From contig CM052822.1 in the NCBI GenBank assembly GCA_028534125.1, positions 73,532,001-73,596,000 on the forward strand: a stretch of 64,000 bases of DNA. Reading direction: 5' to 3'. A model generated the notes under the pieces. The model saw only the letters and a program-made list of their open reading frames with translations, searched no databases and was not told the DNA's origin. Origin of the DNA: Lama glama. Taxonomy: Eukaryota. Position numbers and translations under genes: made by a program. Positions 1 through 38,769 of the stretch are shown here, in pieces; within the stretch, counting starts at the first letter, position 1, and each line of letters starts with the position of its first letter.

Positions 1-3000
1 CTGCCCCTGCACCCAGCTCTCTCTGCCCTGGGGCCTCACCCTGACTCTCGAAGAGCAGGCCCGGGAGCTGCCCCCAGGGACTGTACTCACCCAAAACTGC
101 AGCCGCTGGTGAGCGCCGGGGCGGGGCAGGGAGGCGTGGAGGGAGGGGTGGCTGGGAATGGGTGTGGAGAGGAGGGCATGGCAGGTGTCTGAACCCGAGC
201 TTCTGTCTTCCCAGTGTCTGCCAAGATGGGGCCTTCAGCTGCTCCCTCGCTGACTGTCAGGGTGAGATGTGGGCCACCCAGGTCTCTGCTGGTCCCTCCA
301 AAGCCAAGGCCAGGCTGGCCCTCATATGGGGAGTAGAGCCTGCCTGTCGTAGGCGATGCTACCTCCTTCGGGAAGCCCTGTCCCCTGCTCTGTCCACACA
401 GACTCCCATCCCCAGGCTGAGAGCCAACTCTCCCTGCCCTGTGCTCCCTGGACACTTAGTGTGGTCCCCACTGGGTGGTTGGGGCATTTTTCAGGTACAC
501 TGTGTGCACACCGAGCCGGGCTGTGAGTGGTGCAGGAAGTGGAGGCTTCTTTCCCTGCAGACGAGGAAACTGAGGTCTAGAGGCTGAGCCGAAACAGGAC
601 CCTTGCCTGGCAGTCTGCAGACTCATGGTGTCTGCTTTGTGCTGTGTCAGTCCCAACTAATCAGGGTCCACAGGCCTTTGCTAAGGGCCCACATGTGCCA
701 CACTGGGCTCTGAGTGGGTTCAGAGACTCACAGGCATTCAAGCCCCAGGCACCCCCAGCCTGGCTGCTGAGGGCAGACCTGGCCACCAGAACGGGTGGAG
801 ACAGGAGACAGTGTCTGGCTCACAGACACAAGCTGCATCCACAGGATGTGACTTTGGTACTGAGAATGGAGAGGGTGGGGTGGACAGGACTGGTCAGGGG
901 AGGCTTCCTGGAGGAGGCAAGAACCAAGCTGGGCCTCACTAGTGTTTGGAAGGGTGGATAAGAGCAGAGAGGTGTGTTTGGAGACCTAGAAGTCTGGAGG
1001 CTGCTGGAGCAGAGTGGGCAGCACTAGGGAGGGGAGAAGGGACCCAAGGGTGCCCAGCGTGGGAGGGGGGAGCATTGAGACTGGACCCAGGGCTGACCTG
1101 AGTGGTGGGATGGGTGGTCTTCCCTGGCAGAGTGCCCCCCCGGGGAAATGTGGCAGCAGCATTTGGCCCCCGGGGAGCTGGGGCTCTGCGAGCAGACGTG
1201 CCGGGAGCCCGACGCCACAGAGACTCAGGGCAACTGCAGTGTGGGGCAGGTCCCAGGCTGCGTGTGCCAGCGGGGGCACTTCCGCAGCCAGGCGGGTCCC
1301 TGCGTGCCCTGGGACCGCTGCGAGTGCTGGCATCACGGGCATGCCCACCCGGTGAGACACTTTAGTCCTCCGTGCCACCTAGTCCTTGACTCAGGCCTCC
1401 CGTCCACTGCTTTGTCCCTTTACCGCAGTGGCTCCTCCTCCTACTCTTGGCCCGCAGCAGAGGGCAGCTGGGCCATCAGCCACCACCTGGGACAGTCTCT
1501 GGCCCCTAATGGCCCACCTCCTGCAACTCTTGTTGCCAACGCTAGTCCCAGGCTACTGCCCTGGCTAGGCCCCCAGGCTGGGTTCTGGGTTGGAGTAGTC
1601 TAAGAGGGAAATCTGCAAGAGGAGGGATGGAGAGGAGGCTCTCCCTACTCTCCCCAGCCTGGATCCGAGTGGCAGGAGGCCTGTGAGAGCTGCCGCTGCA
1701 TCAGTGGGAGGAGTGTCTGCACCCAGCACTGCCCCCTCCTCACCTGTGCCCAGGTACCCGCCTGCAGCCCTGCCGCCCTCTCAGAGGGCTCCCCGGGCTC
1801 CTTCCTGGGTCCCTCCCCAGAGGCTGGTCTCAGGGCCTCAAGCAGGCAGTGCCAGGGTTCTGAGCCATCTTCCTGAGTGGACTGGGGACCACACCCTCTG
1901 CAGGGCGAGGTGGCCGTGCAGGAGCCAGGGAGCTGCTGTCCCACTTGTCGCCAGGAGACTCTGGGTGAGCAGGGGACCTGGGGCACCTCCTGCCGCACCT
2001 GTCCCTGCTCTGGGCCCTTCTCCTGAGCCACCCCTGCACCAGCCCCTCATCACGGCCTTCTCTCTGCTCTCCCCTCACCTCCTGCCACTTACCTGCCCTT
2101 TCCCCAGAGGAGCAGCCTGCCTCCTGCCGGCACCTCACCGAGCTTCGCAACCTTACCAAGGGCCCCTGCTACCTGGACCAGGTGGAGGTAACCTACTGCA
2201 GTGGGCACTGCCCGTCCAGCACCAACGTCCTGCTTGAGGTGAGCAAGGGGGCTGCAGGCCCGTGGGGTCAACCTGAGGCCCCCAGGGGCCTGCAGCTGCG
2301 AGCCTAGAACCCAGGCAAAGCCCAGGGGACATGAGGGATGAGGTTCATCTTAGGGGCAAACAGCTGATCAGAGCCGGGGTGAGTTTTCACCAAGGTGGTG
2401 GTGCACCTGCTTCTTGGCCCAATGACCTCAGCTGGGCTTGGGCTCTGAAGGCTGCTGCAGGCCTCTGCCCCCTCCCCGGGGCCTTGTCCCACTTCTCCCT
2501 GGTCCCCCACTCCGCCCCGCACAGCCTGCCCCTCAGCCCACTGTGCCTCACAAGGCAAGCAAGCCAGGACAACAAAGAAAGACATGGAAGAGCTAAGTTA
2601 ACCCATTACACAGTGAGTGAAAGCTTGAAGGACAGGCATTTCACGGGTAGCCTTGTTCCCGATGTTTCCCCGAAGACTGATGGAGCTGTGCTCCACCCTC
2701 ATTCTCCTTGGACCCAGAAAGGCCAGACCTGCTCCTTTGGGTGGCCCTTCTCAGGGGCTCTGGGATCCCCCTTACTTCCCCAGCCCTGAGCCTGGAGGGC
2801 TGTGGCTGCAGCTGGGTCCTGGCCAGGGTCCAGCCAGAACAGAACCTCGGCACCTGGCCTGGCCTCAGGTCACCTGTGGCTTGGCCATTCCCTCCCGCCT
2901 CAGCCCACCTGGCCAAGGTCATCTATTCCTGGAAGACAAAGGTGCTTTCCTACCTGGTCTTCAACCTTTGGCCCCTCTCCTGCTCCCCTGGGCACTCCCT

Positions 3001-4512
3001 GCACCTCCTGGGAATGCCTCCCAAATCACTTTTGGATTTTTTAAAACAGTGAGGAGAAGAGAGTAGTTAAGAAATTTTTTCTGGGAGGAAAAATGATAGT
3101 GGGATAGAATCAGAGGGAGTTACTTTTTTTCTGAATCTTTTGTAGTTTTTTTAAACTTGGTATTGTGTAAATGTATTACCTATTTAAACATAAAGTTAAA
3201 ATAGAATTATACATAAAATTAAAGCAAACGTTCAGTGGGACTTACAGAGTTACCACATAATCAGAGAGCAAGAGTGTCTGCTTTGGAGTGAGAACTCACT
3301 TTGCACTTCGATCCGACTGTGCAGTTTAGGACTTTATTATTTGTAGTTTCAGAAATTGTTAGCCTGTCTCTCCAACTAGGCTGGAAGCCTCTTGGCTTAC
3401 AGTAGAGTCTGTGTCTTTTCCCTCTGCTGATGGGATGCAGTGATGATGGTGTTAAAAGCCTTCATTTACCCTGAAAGTTGTTGGTTGCCAGACAGGTGGG
3501 GGCTGGAGTGAAGGAGGTGGGCTTCTGGGAAAACTGGGACTTGGTGGTGACACATCCTTTCCCTGCCCGGCTGTCCTGCTTGGCAAGATGTGGGATCTGA
3601 GACCTTGGGAATCTGGCCGTCCCTCGGCCCAGCTCTGCGGGGATAGGACGGGCCAAGAGAGGAAAGGAAGGTGGTTTGGGCCGACTCCTCCGCTTGGTGC
3701 CTCCCTGGCTCAGCCACCCGCTTTCTCCCAGGAGCCATACCTGCAGAGCCAGTGCGACTGTTGCAGCTACCGCCTGGACCCCGAGAACCCGGTGCGGATC
3801 CTGAACCTGCACTGTCCCGGCGGCCGCACAGAGCTGGTGGTGCTGCCGGTCATCCACAGCTGCCAGTGCAGCGAGTGCCAGGGTGCGTCTGCACGAGGGT
3901 CCTGGAGAGGGCAGGGGCAGGGCAGGGGAGGGGCCGGGGTCCCCGGAGGCCTGGAGTGGGCTGACCTCTGGCTGGAGCGGGGCCAGGCTGGGCGTTACCC
4001 AACATCCCCTCGCTGGATCCTTCTTGAGTCCTTCCGCTCCACCCCATCCCCCTTCTTAGCATTCATGTTGATTTCTTCCCCAGTCAAGAGTAAGGTTGGG
4101 TGCTTGGAGTCAGGCAATACTGGGTTCAAATCCCAGCTTGTCTATTTCTTCCTTGCTGAGTCTCCATGACCTCATCTTTACAACTGGGCTGACAATCTGC
4201 ACAGGCTTGTTGAGAGAACTCAGTGGGAAGTGTCTGGTTCTTGTTAAATACCTGGTATATGATACCCCGAGGCCAAAATGTGTGGCAGGTGAGAGAGAAA
4301 CCCAGGCACTGATACCCCGTGGATGGAGCGCAGGGCAAGAGCCCACCTTTGCTCTTGGCTTCTTCCTGGAACCTCTTCCTTCCTCTTCTGCCAGTTGGCT
4401 CAGACGGCCCTCTCTCCAGCCACATCCCTTCCAGGCCTGACCACTCTGCCTTTTTTTGCTAGCACATCTGCCCTTCATTTGTCCTCCAGGAGGTGATTTC
4501 TCAAAGCGCTGA
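1..4512 (+). CDS. SSPO: SCO-spondin, 3' terminal coding exons (partial gene; TIL/VWC-like cysteine-rich repeats and C-terminal cystine knot)
   Basis: Exons <1-108, 215-261, 1131-1351, 1658-1753, 1904-1964, 2108-2238, 3732-3882 and 4490-4512, all GT-AG with matching phases. The joined translation [19 protein letters not shown]...CPPGEMWQ...CEQTC...[64 protein letters not shown]...[14 protein letters not shown] matches the recalled SSPO C-terminus. No stop or frameshift in this part. Confidence 0.95.
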
Positions 4513-4626
4513 TGGCTCCGCTGGATGAGGCCCCGCTGCTCCTCACGTGATCACTTGTCTCAGCAGCACTGACCCCTCCTCCCATGCCCAGCCATCCTCT
4601 CCATGCCCTGGCTCCAGCATATTCCA

Positions 4627-4632
4627 AATAAA
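4627..4632 (+). terminator. SSPO polyadenylation signal AATAAA
   Basis: Canonical hexamer about 115 nt after the SSPO stop codon. Confidence 0.8.
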
Positions 4633-4974
4633 GTGACATTGGCAGCAAGCCTGTATGCAGAGTCTGCATCCCTGGGCCCAGAAAGGAAGGGGAGGAAGGA
4701 GGGGTCTCAGCCCTGGCCTGGACCAGCACAAGGACTGTCTCCTAGGGAACCTCTATGAACCTGCCGTGCTAGTGAACTTGGGCAAGTCACTTCCCATATC
4801 TGAGCCTCAGTTACCCCATCTGTAGCCAGTGAATGTCAAGTCTGAAGAGCTCTGGTGTAAGTCATCTCTAGGGCTCCAGGTTGCATCACACCCCATCTGA
4901 CGTCAGCTGCAGCTGTGGTGGGCATTTCCACACAAGATCCACTCATCTCATGCTGATGTGTGCTTCTCCTCCTC

Positions 4975-5262
4975 CTTTTATAAAGTTTTATTGAGATATA
5001 ATTTATATCCTATGAAATTCACCCATTTTAAGTTTACACTTCAGTGACTTTTACAGAAAATACCTAAAGTTGCACAAAAGCATGACAATCCAGTTAGAGA
5101 ACATCTCCATTATTTCAAGCCCATTTTACAATCCATCCTTCCCATCTCCAGCCCCAGGCAGCCACTAAACTGCTTTCTACCTCAACAGATTTGCCTTTTC
5201 TGGACATTTCATGTAAATGTCTAGCAGCTTTGGATTAGCACGATGATTTGGAGATTCATCTG
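4975..5262 (-). mobile_element. Old L1 (L1M-type) 3' end fragment
   Basis: ttttattgagatataattt..aaattcacccattttaag..ttgccttttctggacatttcatgtaaat is the typical antisense L1MB/MC 3' UTR pattern. Confidence 0.7.
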
Positions 5263-6674
5263 TTAACCAAAATAAATACTGCAGGAGGCTGCAAATAAGT
5301 TTATTTGGGGTCTTAAGAATTGCAATTCAGGAGACACAAATTTGGGTAACCCTGAAGGAGTGGTCCAAGGAAGAGAAAGAGACAGGGGATGGGTTTACAA
5401 AGACAAAAAGCCACGAGGTCATTAAAAGTTGCGTGGACAGAATTGTGATTGATATGAGTCAGTAAATATTTGTCCTTAAGGCATTCCTGTCTGCCCAGGA
5501 CAGAGAAAACTCTGATTTTCAAAGGCCCCATGTGCACATTGGGTCCACCCAGATCAGGATACTCTCCCCATTTTAAGGTCAATTGTGCCACACAGTGTAC
5601 CACAATCAAGGAAGTGATATCTCATCACATCCACAGGCCCTGGGAGTTAGGGTGGGACATCTCTCGGGGGAGGGCATTTAGAAATCCCTCCTCCCATAGT
5701 AGGGCTGCATGGCTAGTCAGGGTCTCAGTATGGCTTCAAGGCCAGGCTGGGGTCCCTACTTCCCACCAGGTTTCCTAACAGGAAACCAATGATAATTATT
5801 CATTTTTAGTCACATATATGGCTGCCTCTTTTTGCTCCTTTGTCTTCAGAGATGGCCCGCGCCCTGTGTATCTACTTCTACTTTAACCTGAGCACCCAAC
5901 CCCTACACCTTGTGGCCTTTCTCTTGCCTCCTGAAACAGCCTACACTCTAAGGAGCATGTATCTCTCTAAATAAACCTATCTTTACTTAAAAAAAAAATC
6001 ACATACATCCCTCAATGGAGGACTATCAGAAATATTTGGGAAGGAAACTGTGTAAAAGGATTGGCATTCCTGATAGTAAAGCAGCCATTATAACCTGATT
6101 GTCCACTTGGTTTCTGTCCTTCAATACACATGCTATGCACTTGGATATACTGCTGACCAGAATATCAACCTGAATATCACTTATCATCTCTCCCTGAGTC
6201 TCCGCCCACCTGGAAGCTGATATTTCTCCCAAATTCTCCTGGTTTTGCTGGCCAGCTGTCCCTCTTCCTCCCACAAAGAGCCCTCTTCCTGCGTAGCTTG
6301 TGGCACCTAGCTACACCACCCTCTCCTGCTCCCTGTGGTCCTTCCCCATCTCCAAAGACTTCACCTCTTTCCACACATTTTCAGTGTCCACGTGGGTAAT
6401 CCATTTAAAATTTCAGTCTCATATTCTTTGCTTCCTCACCTGTCATGACCTTCTCCTTCACTTCACCTTGGGAATCCACTCCTACGATTGACCATTTTCA
6501 AACACGTGCAAATATTTACTCACTGATTGTAACTTCCTCTCATCCCAGCTTACTTTCTCTCATCCCCACTGCTGTCATTCATCGCTGTTTTTGTGATTTC
6601 AAATCCATTGAGCCCTCCAAGTTCTCACTTCTCATTACCCCGCCTCCTGTCTTCCATCAGGATTCCTGGTCTGC

Positions 6675-6828
6675 ATGGTTAGTCTCAACACCAACTGCAA
6701 ATTAGAATCACCTGAGAAGCTTTTAATAAATAACAATCCCCAGGCTCCATCCTGAACCATCAAATCAGGTTCTTTGAAAGGCCCATGGGTAATTCTAATG
6801 TGCACCTAGCTGGAATTGAGAATCACCT
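6675..6828. mobile_element. MER5-like hAT-Charlie MITE
   Basis: ttagaatcacctgagaagctttt...ccccaggctccatcc...gtaattctaatgtgcac...ttgagaatcac motif pattern. Confidence 0.6.
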
Positions 6829-7731
6829 TTCTATAATTATTATTGGCCACTCCACTGCAATTACCATTCATTCCCTCACTTTTCTATCCCTTCATTCATA
6901 TCCACCTGGCAATATTCCAACCAAAATATCTGCCCAAGTTTTTTGCTTCTAGACAGAGTAAATGGGTTGTTTTTACCTTAAATCTGTGATCACAAAACTC
7001 AAATTGGCTTTTAATTCAACTGGCCATCCGACTTGCTATGTTTCTCCATTAGCTGTTTCCCATTCTCTGAGATGACCAGGCACACCTCCACTTTTTCCCC
7101 CTCTGCATTTTCCTGAGATGATCTTGTCTCATTGAGATGTCATCAAATGGGAATTCTCTCAGTAAACCTACAAACAAACCTACACCTACTCCATCTTCTC
7201 CTCCTTCCCCTCTGGTATCATCCAGAAGCACCCCTACCCCTTGAAAGGGCCCCTGTACTCTGGTCCTTGCTCCTCTTGCCTCCTCAAGGACTTGGGTCCT
7301 TGCATCACCCCATCTTTGCTGAACCATCAGTTCCCATTCCACCAACATAGAAACAGGATTTTGTGTCTTCACATCTTAGCCCTTGGCCTCAATCCCACAT
7401 TCCCCTCTAGATACTGCCCTATTTCTCTGTACACTTTCATTGAAAAACTTGTGGAAAGAATTATCTACCCTGGCCGTCTCAACCACCTCACCTCCAAATT
7501 TTTAACCTACAGATGAGAATTTGTTATACAGATACAGGGATAATGCATGAGCAGAAATATAGCTCTCCAAGGTCCTGATATAGCTGAGTCTGGGAGCCAG
7601 AGGCTGGAGGGCTATCTGGAGCCCTCTCTCTGCCTTCTCATTTGTTGTGCATCGCCCTCTTGGTACTTTCTCAGTAATGCAGACTCCGCTACTAGTGAGT
7701 GCACCTAGCAGAGGGTGACTGCTCAAAACAA

Positions 7732-8102
7732 GGTTGTGGACTGAATTGGGTCCCCTGCCAAATTCATATGCTGAGGCCCTAAATCCCAGTGTGCCTGTGT
7801 GTGGAAACAGGACCTTTATGGAGGTAACTAAGGTTAAATGAAGTCATAAGGGTGGGGCCCTGATAGATTAGCATCCTTATTAGAAGAGACTCCAGAGAGC
7901 TTGTCCCCACCCCCCACTCTCCGCCAGTACACAGAAAGAAGAGGTCAGATGAACACACAGCCACAAGCCAGTAGCAGAGGTCTTACCAGAAACCAATCAC
8001 GTTGGCATGCTGATCTCAGACTTCTAGACTGTGAGAAAGTAAATGTCTCTTGTTTAAGCCACACAGTCTATATTGTTATGGCAGCCTGAGCTGACTAATA
8101 CA
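7732..8102 (+). mobile_element. MaLR solo LTR (MLT1A/B-like)
   Basis: tgtggactgaattg..ccaaattcatatg..aaggttaaatgaagtcataagggtggggccctgat..ctgtgagaaagtaaat..ttgtttaagccac..gttatggcagcc..actaataca. Confidence 0.8.
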
Positions 8103-9153
8103 AAGTCTACTGCAATTCCACCGACCTGATCGAACTCTCTCACATTTCTAGAGAAGATATTCTCATTGGCCCTGCTGAGTTTAACTCTGGTCAACCCTGG
8201 CCAGGAGAGCAGGATCATATAATGGAAAATGGTTACTTGGGACCTTTCAGGGGTGATAATCAAAATATTTAACAATAAGTATGGCAATATAAATTAATTA
8301 AAAATTTAAATATAAATTATATTTGCTTTATTTTTATTTAAAACTTTGAATTGCAGTTTAAAACACACATATGTAAAAGTGTATGAAACATAAATGAACA
8401 ACTCAATAAATAATTGTAAAGCAGACATCGGGTAACCACCATCCAAGTCTAGAAATAGAACACTTCTCACCCCAGAAGCCCTCAGGGGTCCCTTCCCACC
8501 CATATTGAATTCCCTCTCTCCTAAAGTTAGTATAAAATACTTTTATAATAATTATTTCCTTATTTTCTGTAGTTTTACCTTCACATACACATAATGAGAG
8601 GGTCACAAGGAAGCCTTCTAGAATGCTGCAAACTTTTTATATCTGATGTGGGTGGTGGCTATATGGTACACATGTAAGAATATGAGCTGTACACTTAAGA
8701 TTTCTGCACTTTACTGTCCATTATTTGTACGATTATTATACATATTACATCCATATATAACAAGTGAAACAATGCATTGTTACAATTATTACTTTAATTT
8801 TACATCTTTTAAAGAAGATGAGAGGAGAAAGGAGAGCAAGTATTTATTTATAGAGTGTTTTTTTTCTCTTCTATCCTTTGCTTTTTAAATTCACCCTCTA
8901 CTCTGTAATAGTACTGATCAACTGAAGTGTGAATCTGCCCATACCGTTTGCCAGCTAAAAACTTATTTCAAGTCCTATAAGGCAGTACACAGTGCCTTCC
9001 ACATCCAGCCCCAGTGTCTCTCCAGCATCACTTCCCACAACTTCCCGTCTTACACACTGTCCTTATAGACACCATTTGCTCATCTTTCTGGTTTTGCTGA
9101 TGCTGTTTCTTATGCCCAATTGCCCTTCCTACACAATACCTCTCTTCCCCTCC

Positions 9154-9505
9154 TGTTTCAGTTGGCTCAGGCTACCAAAACAAAACATTATAGACTGGGT
9201 GACTTAAACAACTGACATTTATTTTCTCACTGTTATGGAGGCTGGAAGTCCAAGATCAAAGTGCCAGCATGGACAGATTCTGGTAAGAACTCTCTTTCTG
9301 GCTGACAGACAGCTGCCTTCTCACTGTTTCCTCACATGGCAGAGAGAAACAGGAAGTCCCCGGTGTCTCTTCTTATAAACACACCAAACCCATCGTGAGG
9401 ATCCCACCCTCATGATCTCATCTAAACCTAATTACTTCCCAAAGGCCCCACATCTAAGTACCATCCTATAGGGGTTATATATGAATTCTGAGGGAACACA
9501 ATAGA
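9154..9505 (-). mobile_element. MaLR solo LTR (MLT1A-like), opposite orientation
   Basis: atagactgggtgacttaaacaac..atttattttctcac..ggaggctggaagtccaagatcaa..cccaccctcatga..taattacttcccaaaggcccca. Confidence 0.8.
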
Positions 9506-10034
9506 ACCTGCTTCACATAACTAAATGCGAGGGAATAGACGCAAGAGAAAGCAACTTCATAGCCCAGTCGGAGCACTTTGCCCTTATTACAGGGCCTGAG
9601 AGAGCATCGTGGGTACGTTACTTAGTAACCGTCGCCGGGGAGGGAGGCTGGAAGTGCCGAGAGCAAGCTGCTCGGGGTCCAATCCGGACCCCGTATTCCC
9701 GGAGCCAATAGCAGCGTTGAGAGCCGCTTACCGAGCCTGGACTGAGCTTCCCATGATGCCCCGGCGCCTCGGGCTAGGCGGCTGCCGTAAAGCAGCTCAC
9801 TCGACGCGACGCAAGTGACCGCTGCGCGCCTCTCCCGGCTCGGCGAGTGCCACTCCCCGCCCCACAAGGGAGAGTCGGCTCCAGGCCGCGCCCCCTCCTC
9901 ACCGGGGCGCCCTCCCTTCTGGGGGCCCGGTCCTCACGGTGGTCGCGGTGGCAGCGCCCTCGGGCCAGGCCACAGGGGGAGGGGGCGGCCTGGCGGCAGT
10001 GGCGGGGTCAGCACGGGGCACCAAAGGCGAGGCC

Positions 10035-35714
<25,680 letters not shown>

Positions 35715-37832
35715 TCAAGAGCTCTGGTCGAAGCAGGCATTGTAGGGATCGCCTTGGAGACCCCCATGCTGCCCTGGCCCTTGTGATCACGATGACAGGC
35801 CCTCTGAGAGTCTCGGCTGCCCCAGAATCTTCGTTTGGTGGGGACTCTAAGCACCAGGAGGTGGGCAGTGAGAAGACAGTTAAGCCCACATCTCAGAGAG
35901 GCAGGAGGCACGCACGCAGCCTGTTTGCCAAGGCCCTTCCCTTAGCAGAGCTGCAACCTCACAGCACTTAATACACAGAAAGGTTCTTATCTCAAGCTCA
36001 TTTTTAAGGTACTTCAGGAAATAATCCCATCATGGAAGATTTTGCCCCATGTTCTGGTGGCCAGAGGACTTTTCTGAAGTGGGAGAGATGGTTAGGGGCA
36101 GGGCTTAAGCCCCTAGATAGTTAGGGAGCAGGAGGCCGCTCGCCGCGCCAGAGGCATGGAGAAGGCATGTGGTAAGGGGTAGAGGATGACCAGGTCCAGG
36201 GGGAGCTGGCCTGGATCTGTCACCATGGCTCCATGGCAGAAGCCAGGAAGCTTCAACTTCAAATGGGAGACACCAGAGAATTTCTCTGCCTCCTCCCACG
36301 GCCTTCCTGTAGCGTGAGGCAAGCAGAACCCCTTTGCACAGAGCACTCGAGAAAGATCATCCCCCTGCAGCTCCAGAACGGGAGGAGTGTTTCCCAGGAG
36401 GGAGCCTGCCACGTCCCTCCAGTCACAGCCTTGTAGCACGCTGAGCTCGGGTTTTGTACGGAGCGGAGCAGACAGGGCAAGTGTGTACTGGGGAGGCTTG
36501 GGCTCCGGTCCCAACTCTGCTGCAGGCAGTGGTTCAACCATGATTTCTGTGCCTCTGTTTCCCTGTCCATGAAGTGGCAGCAGAGACTCCAAGTGCCTGC
36601 TGGCGCCCAGGCTGCTGTAGGGCTGAGGAAGGTCTCAGATACACCTCGGGCTGCAGAGGGCACTGGACTGCCTTCAGCCCCTGTCCTTGTCCCTTGCCAC
36701 CGACGTCCTTATTGTGGGAAGAGGTGCTCTCTAAACATGCCGTCAGCATCATGGTCTAGTTCATGCTTCCCAGAGTTGCTCTGGGGACCAGCTTGGAAGT
36801 CAATAGAGGTGTTTGTTTAAATATGCTCCACCCAGACCTGCCCGATCGGATCCCAGGGACCAGGGCTCAGTGACTGGCTATTTTCAGCCAGGCCCCCCAG
36901 GAACTTCGTGGGCTCACTCAAGCTTGAGAATCACCACCCTGGAGGCACAGAAGGGTGTCCCACACTGTCCGGTTCCTGTTGCCCTCTCCCATCTCCCCTT
37001 CCTCCCTGAAGTAAAGCACTTTTCCCTCCAGGGCGGCTGCTTTGGGGTAGGCTCCTAGGCTGCTTACCTGGCTGGGGATGATGTAGTGTCTGGGTCCCGC
37101 CTTCCTAACCACAGGTGGGAAATGAAGTGGGGTTAGAGGGAAGGGCTTCTGTGCTGCTGCCTCCCTCTTGTGTTAGACAGGCTGGAAGTAGTGCTCTGTC
37201 CTGGCCTTGCCGTCCAGCTCCAGGCAGGGTCCCTGCTCTGCGCTGCAGGTCAACCAGTGGTCTGTCCACTTCCCATCTGTGGAAGTTGCTGAGAGCCCCT
37301 GAGATGCTGGTATCAGAGTGTCTCACTGTGGGGCAGAATCCCTGGTTCCCGGTGTTTTCTGAATCTTACCTCCCCTCCTTCCCCCGGAGCACTTAGCCTT
37401 AGCGCCATTGCTTTCCTGTTTTCTTCAGCTTCGAGCCAGAATTCTGTTCTCACTTTCTGCCTTTTACCTTGTGGAACTATCTCCCTGCCAGCCCCTGGTC
37501 CTGGGGCCTGAGGGGTACCACGGGCCCTTGAGTTGGAGCTCTGGTGGTCCATACAGCCAAGATGGAGTCCAGGCCTCGCTCCCCCATTCACATGGGTTTC
37601 TATGGGGAGTTTAGAACTCTGTGCTGTGCCAGGTGCTACAGGTGCAAATGGTGGGGTGGAAGAAAGAAGGACCCTTTAAAGTAGGGGTTATAACCTACCA
37701 CCCTATCCATAGGGATTCAAATTGAGGTGACTTTCTAGCTGGCCTCATTCCTCTGGCTTCTTCCCTCCTTTAAGAATCCTTAGATCAAGAATCTTGATCT
37801 TAGATCAAGGTCACAAGCAATGCTGTGTGAGT

Positions 37833-37835
<3 letters not shown>

Positions 37836-37886
<51 letters not shown>
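37836..37886. repeat. (CA)n microsatellite, about 25 units with one interruption
   Basis: Directly visible; lies in the inferred ZNF862 3' UTR. Confidence 0.97.
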
Positions 37887-38674
37887 ATTCCCTACCCAGG
37901 TCTAGGCATGGAGGTGGGGCCCAAGTAGGGATGCACCCTGCCCCTCCACATCTGGGCCCTGAGGAAGCCTCTAATGCCAACTTGTGAAAAAGTTGGGCCC
38001 CTTGGAGGGGGTGACTGAAAATACTATTTCATAAGGATTTGCACTACCCAGGTTTCTCCAGGGGCACAGGCACGCCCTGGCTCCCCTCTGTTAGCTAATG
38101 GCAGAGAGGATGACTGATGATTTTGTGCAGGACCACAAGGCTGAAGTGTGAGACCTTTTGCCAGGGTTGGCCTCTTTGTTTTGTTTTAAGAGACTCGCTG
38201 TATTTCAGACCCTACGGCCTGGAGAGCCTTCCTGTTTTGCCTCACAAAAAAAACAGGCTGAAGGGCACTGGGAATAGGAGCGAACTGCCTTTGGCCTCCA
38301 CCCTCATCCTCTACCTGTAATCTCTAGACTGATGCCCACAGGGCCCAGCGTTCTGAGTGACCAGCAGTATAACTGACAGTTTGAGTTCAACAGCCATAGA
38401 CCAGGCTGGAGGGAGAGGCCTCAGCCCTGTCCTAGCCAGACATGTTCCGAGTGTACTTCTGCTCGTCCTTTGCTTCGGGAGAAGACCAGGTTGAGTTCCT
38501 AGGGTGCTAAGTATTTAGCAGGACAGTGTGCAGATTAGCCATTTCCCTCATCCAGGTGTCTTTTAGCCAAGGTCACCCTAGGTGATTGGCCCAGGGATGT
38601 CCTCTCCTCTGGTTTCAAAGATGTTCAAATGAGGTTTAAAAAACCATGTTTGATTCTCAGCCTTTTGCTATCTG

Positions 38675-38680
38675 AATAAA
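38675..38680 (+). terminator. Probable ZNF862 polyadenylation signal AATAAA
   Basis: First canonical AATAAA I could find after the ZNF862 stop codon, giving a 3' UTR of about 3 kb. Confidence 0.6.
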
Positions 38681-38769
38681 GCAGAGTTTATTTCGACACA
38701 TGCCTCTGTCCTGTAAATCAGGAACTTGGAAACTGGAAGCGCTGATTGATCAAAGCTAATTATATTTGG

